64,000 bases of DNA from Adineta vaga (Eukaryota > Animalia > Rotifera). Each line of letters begins with the position of its first letter. Within the stretch, counting starts at the first letter, position 1. The notes beneath the pieces are model-generated. The model was not told the DNA's origin, made no database searches, and saw only the letters and a program-made list of their open reading frames with translations. This document shows positions 1-13,726 of this stretch, piece by piece. The stretch spans positions 3,534,001 to 3,598,000 of the forward strand of contig CP075497.1 of NCBI GenBank assembly GCA_021613535.1. Reading direction: 5' to 3'. Position numbers and translations under genes: made by a program.

Positions 1-831
1 ACATCCGTTTTTATCTAGTATGTTTTTATTCTTTCTCTTCATCTTTCTACTAAAACTGATTGATTCATGACAGAAATGTCACTGTTACCTCAACAGTTGT
101 GTAATTCAACTAATGTTCACTCATGAACCTGAACAAGAAATTTGATAGCTTATAAACAGTAGTATTTCGAATATTTTACGTAATGCAACGAACTAAAATA
201 CTATTTTTATTCATAAAAATTCATCGGTAGCAATGACTATGGACTTTTGAACTGATAAAATACATTCTCATTTCAATTCGTGTCTCAAAACTATTCGTTT
301 CCGTTTGTTCAATCTTTATCATAGTATAGGTAAATCATTGTGCATGAAAAATTCTATTTGACTATAAATATAAAAAGACATTTTTTCTTGAAAAGAAGTA
401 TGCTTAAAACCCGCATATCCTTTAACAATAGCCGTGTGAAATAAACACGTCTAAACGATAATATTTTGCTTGTCATCACACATGAAAGATTTCTTTGTAT
501 CCATCTTGATAAATCTCCTTGCATTAACTGAAATCTTTTTCGGTACTTCTTTCTTCCACCAGAATAAGAACGATTCACTACACTTAATACATTAATGAAA
601 GATTTAAATGAGATCTTGGCATGATAGTTAATACTGTAGTGGTGTTAATGAAAGATTATGTGATTTGTACATCGGATATCCGTATGTGAAAGAAACTTCT
701 TAGTGCGCAAAAATAAAACTGTGCGTACATTAACACTTCTTTCTTTCTTTCCTTTCTTTCTTTTTTTGGAAAGTATAAAAGAGTTTGTTACTTGGCCATT
801 GTATTCAATTTAGTAGGTAATCTTGTACAAA

Positions 832-3528
832 ATGTTTTACGGTATTATATTGGAAAGTGCACGTGATGGTGTGATTCTTTTTCATGGTGAAACTGTTTGG
901 AAACGTATTGTTCATGAACTTAAACTACCATCTGAAACATTTACTTTATTCGCACGATATGATCAGAAAATCTTATTCGACATTTGTGATTGTAAGTCTC
1001 ATCAAGCAGTGGGTCATATGATATTCATTGAAGTATCGATAATTATAGGTATGCCACATGTTTTACATGAAGGAACACCCGAATCATTTCTGGAATTCTT
1101 TGGTGAAGATTTCGTTCGTTATTTTGTCAATTTTGGTTTTGATAAAATTCTTCGAGTAGCTGGACGAACGTTACGTGATTTTCTTTTCGCTATTGACCAA
1201 TTGCATGATTCAAATCGATTTACTTTTCCACAAATGGATCAACCGTTATTTCACGTTACGGAAGAAAACGAGTCAGGTGCCACATTAGTTTACAAGTGAG
1301 TTTCTTTTTGCCTAAGCTTTTTCTTATGAACAAGAATGAAAATGATTTTTATCTATGTTCTTCGAATTTAGAAGTGTTCGTCATGGATTTGCTCGATATG
1401 CAATAGGAGGTTTGTCCGCTGCAGCTAAAACACTCTTTCAAGAACATATCAAAATGGATATTTTGCATGATTGGTCAACGAAAGAATGTAAGTTACAAAC
1501 AATAATATCACTTCATTATCAATTGATGGATATAATGATTAGATGCTCATATTGCTTTCTGGGTAGAATTTAAAAATACAGGATTTCATCAGAAACGAAT
1601 ATCGCACTTTCCATCATTGCCAGAGCTTAATGGAGTAACATTCTTTCGAGTAAGAACATGATTTTTCTCTCATTTGTAAAATAATAGAATATAAATATGA
1701 ATTCAGGTATTTCCTTTTTCGATTCTCATGGATTCAACATTACGTATTCATTGTATGGGAGAAAAAATTATGGCTGTGTTTCCAGAAGAAACTCCTCTAA
1801 TTGGACGACCACTTGATCAAGTCTTTCGACTTATTCGACCTGATATTCTTATTGAATGGGACAAAGTATATCAACATACTTTTTTCCTTAAACGCTGTTT
1901 TCTCTTCACTTCTCTCAATCGTAGGTACTTTCCTATGGTCGACATATTGTCTTTTTGATGGAAAATCGATTACAATTACGTGTTGGTCCAACAGGAAAAA
2001 TTCAACTCAAAGGACAAATGAAATACATAGAAAACAGGAATATGCTATGGTTTTTATGTCATCCAGTGTGAGTTTGATGATATTTCGTGGATGAAATAGA
2101 ATAGATGATGATTGCAGTTTAGGAAGTGCTGATGATATGATATCAGCTGGTTTACATTTGACAGATTTGAATCTGTTTGACAGTACAAGTGATCTTCTTA
2201 TAACTGGTATTCATCAAGAACGCGCTATCGAATTAGCTATTGCAAAAGTAAATCTATTACACTTTGATCACTTAAACTTACTCTATTTATTTTTAGCAAC
2301 ATATTTGGTCTATAAAATTACGAGAATCAAAAAACAAATTAATCGAATGGCGTAAGACAAGTGAACGCTTATTATATTCAATTTTACCAAAACATATTGC
2401 TATATTACTCCAATCAGGTGTTCAACCAAATTGTATTTGTGAAGTATATTCTTTCAATTGTTTTAATTTTGAAATGATTGTAAAATATAAACTATTTCTA
2501 GTCTCATCCACTTGTCACTGTTCTATTTGCATATTTAATTGATTTTAAAGCGTTAAGTCTTCAACTTGATCCAGCCAATACGATTCATTATCTTAATGAA
2601 ATAATTAATACATTCGATAAAATAGAAGACAATTATGATGTATTCAAAGTAGAAACAAAAGCAGATGCTAGTTATATGGTTGTAACTGGTCTCAGTGATC
2701 GATCACATTTAACTTCAATAAAACGAGAATCATCAACAGTACTGATAGTGTCGATTTCTTATCATTTGAATTCTTATTTGTTCGTATAGATATCTTCAGT
2801 CAATGATGATAATGCTGAGGAAGAAGATGAAGGTACAACAGCTCGAAAGAATCCATTAGGTTTTCATCAAACAGAAATCACGGCATATCTAGCAATGGAT
2901 CTTCTTGAAGCAAGTGCAAAGATTATCAATCCATTAACTGAACAACCGTTTAAAGTAAAATTCGGTAAAAATATCAAATCATTGAAATATTGATATATTT
3001 ACTCGTTAATTTCTCTAATAAAACTCTAGGTTTTCATTCTGGCACTGCAGTAGGTGGTATCGTCGGTAAGAAAAACATTCAATATTGTCTTTTCGGTGAT
3101 ACAGTTAATATGGTAAGTTATCTTCTTTGGAATAAAAATACAATTTCTCATCTAATAATGATCATTTAATTGAAGGCTAGTCGAATAACAACTAGTGGCG
3201 AAGTAAAAAATAATTATAAAATTTATATCCGAAGTTAATCGTTATGTTTCAGATTGGTCGAATACATCTCAGTGATTCATCTTTTAAATATTTATCAGTC
3301 GATAATCGTTTTGCAATTGAATATCGAGGTGAAATTGAAATGAAAGTAAGTTATCATTAGTTGCATTCTCGATAATATCATGAACTATTCTAGGGTAAAG
3401 GATCACATCCTACATATTGGCTAAAAGGTCTAGCAAAGAAACCATCTCATAATGTTATTAACAAGAGTACAACTGAGTTACGTTGTCCTTTTACAGGCAA
3501 ATCTATGGTTGACTCTAAAAATCATTGA
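832..3528 (+). CDS. Atypical soluble guanylate cyclase subunit (H-NOX/HNOB, PAS/HNOBA, coiled coil, cyclase), multi-exon
   Basis: Spliced translation MFYGIILES..., proximal His in DQLHDS (1204-1206), YxSxR motif (YKSVR across intron 1296-1371), LKGQM, cyclase motifs KVET and YCLFGDTVNMASR, GKG..TYWL; stop TGA 3526-3528; GT-AG introns. Confidence 0.92.
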
Positions 3529-4181
3529 GGAATGTCTGTTAAATATTTTATTATTGTCATATTTAGTCGATGTGTTCAATGATCTTGAAATATATTTATT
3601 TAAAAAGAAATTCATTGTATCTTCTTTTGATTTTCACAGAAGTGATGACAAATACATGTCCAGTGTGTATCTTTTTATACGATATAATGACTCTCATCTC
3701 AATATCCTATACCTTCTTTTCTACTTGTTACAATCAAAGTCAAAGAATGCTCTCAAGAAGAAACAAATGATATGAGAAAGATATTTCACAAAATACCTCA
3801 ATGAATCTGTTCTCGAAACCATTCCTTTCTCTTACTCAATGTACCATACGAATGAAAAGCAAAGATAAAATGAAAGTTTACATTAGTTTTAACATGTTTT
3901 ATTCTATCATAATTGAATTAGACTAAATCCTATTCTTTCATGACATGCTTTTATCAATCTTCCTTCCTATGCTAGCTGTTATATATCTCACGATAATACA
4001 GATACTATCCGACGGATGGCATCTCCTTAGAATGAAACGAAATTGATAAAAAATAAAGATGATGTTACTTATCTTAGTTTGTTTAAACCAATGAAATTGT
4101 CTTCCACACTATACCCTCTTTCTCTATTTTCGTTATCAATTCAGTTGGTTTTGCAAATAGTTAAAGTTTTGTTGAAATATC

Positions 4182-6928
4182 ATGACAAATCTGAATGTTA
4201 TTGAAGCTGTCCGATTTTACATCAATCGAATGATCGAAGATTGTGGTCAAAGTATTAAGGGACTCGTCATGGATAAAGAAACAGTTAAGAATACGAGAAC
4301 TGAATTTTTAGCAAATCTCGTTTTTCTTTTTCTTTTTATTCAAGTCATCGATTGTCAGTATGGTTTATGCTCAATCCGAAATTCTTCAGAAAGAAGTATT
4401 TCTTTTCGAACGTATTGATGTTGCTGGACAGAGATCATTGAAACATCTTACTGCTATATGTTTTCTAAGGCCAACAGAAGAAAATATTCAAGCATTAATA
4501 CGTGAATTACAAGAACCAAAATATGGCAGTTATTTCATTTGTAAGTTTTATATTTTGCAAATTTATTAGAGGAATATTTCTTTTTCAGATTTCACAAATT
4601 TTGTTGAATTGAATGATATCAAAAGTTTAGCAGAAGCAGATGAATATGAATGTGTACGTGTTATACAAGAATTTTATGCTGATTATTTGGCAATAAATCC
4701 ACATTTATATTCACTTAACATTCCAATGACTTATCAAGTAAAACTGATAGATCAGTGAGAAAAAAAAACGATCTATATAACGTTACTTTCTTCTATTGAT
4801 CAGAAAAATTATGAATGGAATGATAATCTTCTTCGTCGAACAGTACAAGGACTTGTTTCATTATTATTATCATTACGAAAGAAAAGTGCGACAATTCGAT
4901 ATCAGAAATCATCATATATGTCAGGAATGCTTGCCGAGAAATTAGCAGTAAATAAACTAAAACACTCTTTGATAAATAATACTATTTATCTATTAATAGA
5001 ATACTCTTCGACGTCAACTTGATTTTAACGCATCAAATATTAATGAAACAAGTCAAACGGTCGTTTTAATTGTTGATCGACGTGAAGATGCTATAACTCC
5101 ATTACTTAATCAAGTTAAATTGATTTTTATTTGCCAAATTTCTTACTGTTCTTCTCATTGTTTTAGTGGACATATCAAGCGATGGTTCATGAATTAATTG
5201 GTATAAAAAATAATCGTGTTAATCTTAGTCAAGTACCAGGAGTTACAAAAGAACTTGAAGAAGTTGTTATGAATGCTGAATATGATGAATTCTACGCTGA
5301 TGTAAAGAAGATTATCTTAGTAAAATCTAATTCATTTTGTTTTTCTTCTTTTTATCGCTATTAGAATCTCTACAATAGTTTTGGTGAGATAGCAACGAAT
5401 ATCAAAAGTTTAATGGAACATTTTCAAGAAAAACATAAAAGTCAGTCGAAAATTGAATCAATTACTGACATGAAGGTATGAACATTTATTTGTATTAAAG
5501 ATGACAATATTATTCTGCATAATAATTTTTGTTGATTTAATTCGCCATTTTTCATTGAAATAAGAAAGATTATTAGTTCCTACGGATGAGTTCTTAATCG
5601 ATGATTAATTGACTTAGTAGTTTATCCAAACTTCATAAATCGATCGATCGATCGATCGATGGAGACTATTTACGATCGGAAAGTTGCGAGAATGAGCATT
5701 TGAATTGATGATTTATTATACTATTTCATTCTATCATATGCATGTATTTTATGAATCTTCGTTGATGAAAATCTAAACTTAGTAATGAAACTTTCCGAAA
5801 GAAAAATTGTAATTCACAAGGGAATTTCAATGTATTTTTCTGATCCAATCGAAATATTTTTCGCCAAATTGAATTTCATCATCACTCTATATAATATAAT
5901 TTTAGACTTTTGTTGAAAGTTATCCACAATTTAAAAAACTTTCCGGTACTGTTTCAAAACACGTTACAATTGTTAGTGAATTATCACGTCTTATTGGTCT
6001 TCATCATCTTCTTGAAACTAGTGAAACCGAACAAAATCTTGTCTGTCAAAGTGACCATAATGAAATTGTTCAAGTAGATATTTACATAGGATATTCACTT
6101 AAAATCTCTTCTGATTTTTTCTCGATCAACTAGAAAATAAAACAATTAATTAAAGATAATAATATTCGTGATGAAGATATTCTTCGATTAATCTGTTTAT
6201 ATGCATTACGTTACGAACGTCGTAATGGTAATGAAATCAATTCATTAAAACAAGAAGTACAAAAATACCGTCAGTTCTCGAATAAATATCTTCAAGTAAT
6301 GAATTGTATACACTCATGTCAAATCAAATATTTATTACTTTTTCTTAGTTTATGCAAACTATTCTTCATTATGGTGGAGAAAAATTTCGACAAGCTGATT
6401 TATTCAATACACAAACATCAATGGCTATTACACGAAATTTCATTCGAGGATTGAAAGTATGAAATGAATTTTAAAATAGTCTCTCGAGAGATATTAATCA
6501 TCTATCTTATTCAGGGTGTAGACAATGTCTATGCACAACATATTCCATTGATAAAAGATTTACTTGAACAATTATTACGTGGTAAACTCAAGGACACATT
6601 ATATCCGAGTGTTAGTTCAAAAGATCAAATCAATTCAACTAGTCATTATACAACAAGTCAACAGAATCAATTTCAACAACAAGGACAACTAATCAAGTAA
6701 AGTTATTCGTCTATCATTGTACGGACATAGAAAAGATTGTAATTTCCGTTCGAATTTTCTAGGCCAAGTGAAATTATTGTTTTTGTCATTGGTGGAATTA
6801 CATATGAAGAATCATATCATATTCATATGATGAATAAACAAGGTGCACGAATTATATTGGGTGGATCGTATATACATAATTTTTCATCATTCATCGATGA
6901 AGTACTTGCTGGAGTATCTATGAGTTAA
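4182..6928 (+). CDS. VPS45: Vacuolar protein sorting 45 (Sec1/Munc18 family), multi-exon
   Basis: [122 protein letters not shown]; stop TAA 6926-6928. Confidence 0.95.
5638..5660. repeat. (GATC)n tetranucleotide microsatellite in the long VPS45 intron
   Basis: aatcgatcgatcgatcgatcgat seen directly. Confidence 0.85.
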
Positions 6929-7251
6929 TCTTCAATATCGAATAATTGGCTTTTATAAAAATAATATTCATCTATATTCATTGAAATAAATAAATATATA
7001 TATATATATACATGTGCGTGTGTGGGTGTTTAATAATGATTTATTCATGGAGAGAAAAACAATATCAGATCTATGGATAAAGTGACAGTTCATTGATCAT
7101 GAACAGATAGATATGTTGACGATGAATGAAGAATAAAAGACAAGTTCTTTCTTTTCTTTTTTATTTGATATTTAGCGAAAGATGAGGAGAGAGAATAGCA
7201 CAGAAGAAAAAAAGAAGTTATGAATGTAGCAAATTCGACATTTTCACTCTG

Positions 7252-7441
7252 ATGATTGAACGTTTGTCATCGTTGCCGCCGTCGCCGTCTTTTCATGCCA
7301 TAATAGAGCAGAAAAACGACACCGATCAGTCGACAATAGATCAAACAATATTAAGTAAGTATCGATGATGTATATTCATTTGATAGTAGTATTTAAACCT
7401 TGAATATTTTACGACAGGTTTATTATCAAAGAAAAGTGAAA
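7252..7441 (+). CDS. Candidate variable N-terminal module V1 of the orphan membrane-protein gene (exons 7252-7354 and 7418-7441)
   Basis: ATG ORF MIERLSSLPPSPSFHAIIEQKNDTDQSTIDQTIL, phase-1 GTAAGT donor, 63-nt intron ending ACAG, 24-nt exon SLLSKKSE, phase-1 GTAAAT donor in frame with the common exon at 13727. Confidence 0.55.
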
Positions 7442-8105
7442 GTAAATACATTTTTTCTCTTATATTTTCTGTCGTATCATATATTTATGGATACTTAAGT
7501 TTGTCTCTCTCTGTCTGTCTCTGATTCTCCCCTTCCACTTCCTTATTTTCAGTAAAACTAACAGTCTTCAATGAATATGTTAGCAAGAGACGAAAGACTG
7601 TGTTGTAATGATTAACAATGGCAGTAAGCAAGCATCAAGAACGTGGAGACGAAGAGAAAAGAGCGTTTCATAAACGCGTGTGCTTAATGAGATGCTGTTC
7701 TTGCGTTCTTTTTTTGCAAATATATATATATACGTTGCTAGCTGACGGCAGGCACAAACATAAAACCGCTTCTATTGAAATTGCCTATTGCCAAGCATCC
7801 GAACCATAGCACGATCAGTTGATGACGTAGAAAAAGAAAATCTTTTTTTCTCGTTTTTTTCTTCTATATGTGTGTCTTCATCCGTCTTTCTTCTCTTGTT
7901 CTTCTTCTCGCTCGTTGATTTCTATCAAGCTTCTATGTCTTTAACGTCTAGAAAATAGATAAACAAGATAGAATAGAAGACCTTGTTATTGCTATTTCTC
8001 TTCATATTTTCTGGCTTGAGCTGATTTCTCACTTGTTGATATTTTGCCGATAACCATGTGTTTCGTAATTACTTACACCAATCAACACTGTTATTGGGAA
8101 TAGCA

Positions 8106-8681
8106 ATGCAATTATCGGCGGTTTCGCCGATATCGAAAACATATTCACGAACAATGAAAACGACTCATCTATTGATTCAAGTAGGTATTTTAACTAGAAT
8201 GGATGATAAACGTTTTTATTCATTGTTCTATGTATCTTTATGTACATACAAGTCTCGATGTCTAATGACCTTTAGCTGGAAATCGTATATGTAATTTACT
8301 ATTGTGACAGTTAAAAGATTTACATATCCTTCATGATACTTATTCAATTCATTGTCTTCTTCTTCTTCCTCTTCTTCGTTTTCAAGGAAATGATAATTAC
8401 GTAAATGAGAGAAGTGATGTTAAGATGAAAAGATTAAGAGTTCTACTTCCTTCTCTTGTTCTTTCATTTGACAAGAGAAACGATTGTTATTCATTGTATC
8501 TTTTACTAACTATGAAGATTTGATTCATTTATTTTTTGTTAGGTAGTATCCAGTGAGACATTAACACGATTAATAAACCGTGAACGGTTCATTGTACTAC
8601 AGCCACAATGTGTAATGCGTGCATTTCAAATATGTATTTATCTGCCACCATTATATGACGATCCGTGGCTTATATTCAAAG
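8106..8681 (+). CDS. Candidate variable N-terminal module V2 (exons 8106-8180 and 8543-8681)
   Basis: MQLSAVSPISKTYSRTMKTTHLLIQ|GTAGGT (phase 0); TTAG|VVSSETLTRLINRERFIVLQPQCVMRAFQICIYLPPLYDDPWLIFK-g|GTAAAT (phase 1); open throughout. Confidence 0.5.
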
Positions 8682-9733
8682 GTAAATTGATCTAACATAT
8701 CATGTATGCTTCCCTATTAATGTCAAATAAAAAGAAACGTTAGAAGAGAGTTGAAGTATATTGTTTGCTTTTAAATAATAAATAAGTTATAATAGAGTTT
8801 CTTATTAAATATTCTTACGTTAGAAAACTATGGTATCCTATCAACAACACATCAATTTCACTTTCTCGAATGATTTGATTGCATAAGAATCGAATAGATC
8901 TTTCAACGTTAAATCAATATTCTTTCTCACTCTATCAAAATATCGTAGTAGTTTTAACAGAAAATGATAGATAGATGAATGATATATAGATAATAATGAT
9001 TAACCGCCTACATCAGTTTCTCTTCTATATATGTTTCCAATTCAGATGATAATCTCACCATGCATATATAACCTTAGTTCGTCTACTATGATTTTTCTAT
9101 GATTCTGCTAGCAATTAGTGCTTGCTGTCGTTTTGTGACACATCTTTATTACTAGTTTTGTTGATTAACGATAGAAATAGTCTTTGGAATTATGTTTATT
9201 TGTTTGTTTATTAATCTTTAATAGTCGCCGATCATCCCTTGTTACTATTTATTATCTTGTCTAGATAGTTTAGTTTGTTATTATAGTTCAGATGGAACGA
9301 CAGACGTCAAGAAAAGAAATAAAAGAAAACACTTGTCGTTTGTCGCCTAAAGACGATGGTGTTATCATATCATAATTCATGAGGTATTGATTAATCTATT
9401 GGGCAGAGAAAGTCGATCAATCTATCGAAAAAACATTGGTATATATACTGTTATTTCTATCTATGGAGAAAAAACAAAAAACAAAGAAATAAGAGATAGC
9501 CGGATAACGCCTATATTCTTCTTCGTTAAGCTTTCATCATTAAATCAAGAAGAGGCAGATGTTGTAAGTGATAACGAGACGAAGAAGGAGGAAATATTTG
9601 TCAGTCTATCACAGATATTCAATCCTCATTTCGGCAAGTGTTTCTTTGTATACATATATATATATATACAAAAGATTTATACAATGTTAGTATCAATGTA
9701 TTGACAAATATATCAATTAATTCGCATATATTT

Positions 9734-9824
9734 ATGATTATGATCGGTACGATAAAACAAAAGTGGAATCGTATAACAAAACTTTTCTTAACAATATGTA
9801 TTATACATGCTATTATTGAATATG
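9734..9824 (+). CDS. Candidate variable first exon V3
   Basis: MIMIGTIKQKWNRITKLFLTICIIHAIIEY-g|GTAAGT; 91 nt, phase 1. Confidence 0.5.
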
Positions 9825-10789
9825 GTAAGTTAACAAAAAAAGAAAAAACTGAATTTGTCTATTGGAAATTAGGAGAACATGTTATTATGTTTGATTCTTC
9901 TGTCTACTTAATTATGGACAGATAATTTCGTTTAGATTTGTTTTCAAGGTTATGTTAATAAATCTACATAAGGAAAGAGATATTTCTCGAGAGAATTAAC
10001 GATTTTCCTAGGAAATTCATCAGTCTATACAAATCGAACGGATGTATAGATTGTGCAATGCTCACAGAACAAACAATTCTATATGTCACATATGAATCTT
10101 TATTATAATAAAATGATTCTTAATAGATATTTCTTCAATAGAATTTTCGGAACAATTAATAATATATAAACAAGAATGACATTCTCTGTACATTATCATA
10201 ACTAATTATGATCAATTTTCCGTTTTCTTACTCTCTTTAGAACAAACGAAATGATAGAGTCTAGACTAGCTAAATGTAGATGTTTTCTAATGTTCACTTA
10301 GGATCGTTACTATGATGTAAGATCTGATATAGATTATCTCTTAGCCTCGAACTTTTGTCATTGACATTTGCTTCTGTATCCCGTATGACTAGAAGAAATG
10401 AATCAATCTGTTAAGTCATATTGTTTATATCTCTATTTTATTGATCTTTAGATCTCCTAAACAGAAATTCATCTTTTCTCTTTTAATCCATTCAATTTGT
10501 CTATAGTATTCTTTAGTTATTTGATTTATCACTAATAAAACTGTATTGACTATACAGATTATTTTTATGTACGACTAACTACAGTATGATGTGTTTGTTT
10601 GCGTACTGAAAGAGAGAAAAAAAATGGATGCACACGTCATCAGAAGATATGTGTTCGATACAACTATACGTATATGTGCGCATGATCGAGAAAACGTTTA
10701 TTTGATGACATCATAAATCGTAGTGTCCACAGTTGCAGAAAGCAGAATTGCCGGACGGGCGTTTTATACCTCATTAATCGTTCTCGCTT

Positions 10790-10925
10790 ATGTTGAGCTT
10801 CAGTGTTTTATCATTTTTGTTCATCATACCCATTTCTTTGACGAATATTGTTGTTAAAGAAACGGATGATTATGTTGATATGACAATTGGAATTTTACAT
10901 GATTCATCTGAAGAAGATTTAACTG
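10790..10925 (+). CDS. Candidate variable first exon V4 (signal-peptide-like)
   Basis: MLSFSVLSFLFIIPISLTNIVVKETDDYVDMTIGILHDSSEEDLT-g|GTAAGT; 136 nt, phase 1. Confidence 0.55.
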
Positions 10926-13041
10926 GTAAGTTTCATATCTTTATGTTTTTCTTTTCCTTCGATCGTTGAACAGTATTTGAAACGACTTTTTGCAATAATC
11001 ATTATGCGAATCAATCATTTCTAATTGTTTTACCAATGACACAAAAAAAACAGAAACTATTTTTGTTATTCTTCTTCTTCTTATCGATGATATAAAGATA
11101 TTTGAATTCAATATTATGTTTAAAACACGAGAGAACAGAAGAATAAATATAAATATTATTTACATAAATAACAAACAGGTGTGTTTATTATCATCATCAA
11201 AGAGTGATGATGAATGTAAAACAAATATGAAAAAGAAATCGTGTTTTGTTTTTTGTCAGAAATCAAATTAAATAAAAATATGTAATCGATAGTCTTGAGA
11301 AGAAGATGAAATTATAATAATTCTATTTGACAGCTGACTGTCAAGATTCCCCTAAGAGATAATAGTTGAAGAAAATGAACACATTTATATAATTATCTTG
11401 GAAAGTTCGGTTCGTTTTTTCTTTTTTTCGAATGAAAGATAAATGTATTGATTATGTAGAAGTTGAAGTTTGAATAAGAAAAGAAAAGACATATGTAAGT
11501 TAAATCCCAGATAGTAATGATATTATGATATTAATCTGATTTGATTAAGACGATTATGTTCGAAAAAAGATTATTGTAAACTTCGAGAAATATACAGAAT
11601 GAAAGATCACAAGTTTTTATTAGAGAAATAGGGAAAACCAATGTGGTTTTTGATCATATACTAAATATAGAGAAAAGCGAGGTTTTTTTTAGAAGTACAT
11701 GGTAAGATAATATTAAACAAAAGAAGATTTATTTGTGTAATATGATAATCTTTGAAACACAATCATTTCTGTCTTTACTTCGTCTTCTATTAGTTCTATT
11801 ATGAACACATTCTTCTTTTTGCAAATTCAATAATCTCTTCTCATTTGAAACAGATAGAAATCTAAATGGATATCCAGACGAAAAAAATATAGCAGAACAA
11901 AATAGTTTATCTATCTATGATTGCTTTCGATTTGTTTTCTTTTCATTAACACGCGAAATCGAAAATAATGATCGAGTATAACTGGAAATAATCGCTATAT
12001 AATGATAGAAAATCAAACTTGGCTTGTTTTTCATCACTTGATGATTGACTTGACGTTTTCTCACCATACTGTCAGTTAGTTGTTCTTTTGGATTTAACTT
12101 TACTCATACTCATGTGTGAACGAAAAAGAAAACGGTGAACATTATATACATGTTTACATAATGTTTCGCAATGAGTTATGTTTTTTAATTCAGTTTATGT
12201 CAATAGATGATGAGCAAATGATATTTTTTGCTTTCGTCAAATAACTAATGTAAACGTTTTTCACTTGTTTGAAAAAGAAAAGAAATATTCAAAACAATTA
12301 TGCATAATACTCGATCAATAGCATTCGAAAGTGTGATATAAATATGAATTTCGTGTGAAAAGTTGAAATATTGACCTTTTAACATTGATTTCAATCTGAC
12401 AGGAGAAGCACGTTCATGTTCATCTCTATCCACTACTTGTGTTATAATATTAATTAATCGAGTATGCGCATACAATATGTATTGTATTAATTGCTCAATT
12501 CTATTTATCGATTACTTGTCGAGCAAGAAAAGGTCGTCGTCTCTCTTTCGATCAAATATGTTCATCATCTGGAAGAATTTGATGACGACTTATTTTCCTA
12601 GATGATTGTAATCACAACAAAAAAACATTCTTTTTGATAATGTCTGGATGTGCTCACGCGAAGACATGGGATATTAAGGGTCATTTCTATGTACATCTAT
12701 ACATATCATAAACATTGCTATAGATTCACTCATCTTGAATTCATCGATAAGTTTGATTCGCTTTTCTTCTTCTTCTTCATTTTTTTTTCGTTTTCTTTTT
12801 CTTCTCTCAACACATACGACATACGTTCGTCCAAAAAGAGAAGGAGAGAGAGAGAGAGCACTCTGTTGTATATATGTATCTCTATCAAAACACATGTGTA
12901 CACTAAAAGTAGAAGAATCGACCGAGAGAGAGAGAGAGAAGAGAGTGCGCGCGTTGTTTCTCATTTATACATACGTATATAAATATATACATTGAGAAAA
13001 GAGAGCAGAAGTAATTCAGTAATCAGATCGATTTAATCGTC

Positions 13042-13222
13042 ATGACTTCAAGTATTAATTATGTTCGTAAATCAACATTATGGAAATTAATTACGAGTGA
13101 ACCGTTTTATATTCTTATACCTAATCTATTCATTCTTCGTCCAGCAAGATTTTTATTAAATTATTATATTAAGCCCGCAAAATTTCTAGTCATTGTACTT
13201 CCACGAAACATTTGGCAAAAAG
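13042..13222 (+). CDS. Candidate variable first exon V5 (basic/hydrophobic)
   Basis: MTSSINYVRKSTLWKLITSEPFYILIPNLFILRPARFLLNYYIKPAKFLVIVLPRNIWQK-g|GTAATC; 181 nt, phase 1; preceded by a GA-rich tract at about 12838-12945. Confidence 0.6.
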
Positions 13223-13726
13223 GTAATCAATCTGCTTACATTATGCGCACCAGTTGTTTAAGATTCGATATTGATGAATGTTCCATATGTCGCAGATCTT
13301 TTTTCTTTTGTTATTTGGCCAATCATTCAGGTGTAGCTAATACTGACGAGAATATAAAGATCAAGATCGTTTTTTGATACATTGAAGAAAACGATCCTAT
13401 CCTTGGAATCAATAATCATGAGAAAGTTAATTAGATAATAGAGAGAAGATTTAGCATGATGCATTATTCATTGATCATTTATAAACATGCGTTCAGTCTT
13501 TTGATTTCTTTCTCTCTTGGCCTGTCTACATGCTAAATAGATGCAATGATCATTTATCATTTGAGCTCTTGTCATCTTCAATATACATATCTATAAATAT
13601 GAATATCTACAGGGAGAAAAAGAAGAAAGAGCAGATGTATGAAAATAAAACTTGTTATTTATATGAGAATTATGCAATGTGAAAAGAATAGATCCGATAC
13701 CAGATTTACATTTGAAATTATTTTAG

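Noticed and set aside
354-578. 74-aa minus-strand ORF and a plus-strand ATATCCTTTAAC U12-like motif
   Set aside because: No recognisable domain or splice partners, and the motif lies outside any gene model.
575-658. Short direct repeat (TTAATGAAAGATT x2) with a CACTACA/TGTAGTG inverted pair, a possible MITE
   Set aside because: Too short, no target-site duplication, and no second copy in the window.
992-1048. 57-nt stop-free in-frame segment in the sGC ORF, a possible domain insert
   Set aside because: It has a GTAAGT donor, a TAG acceptor and typical intron size, and H-NOX aligns better without it.
12650-12995. Overlapping ORFs on both strands
   Set aside because: Low-complexity GA/CT/TA tracts typical of promoter or UTR sequence, with no coding signal.
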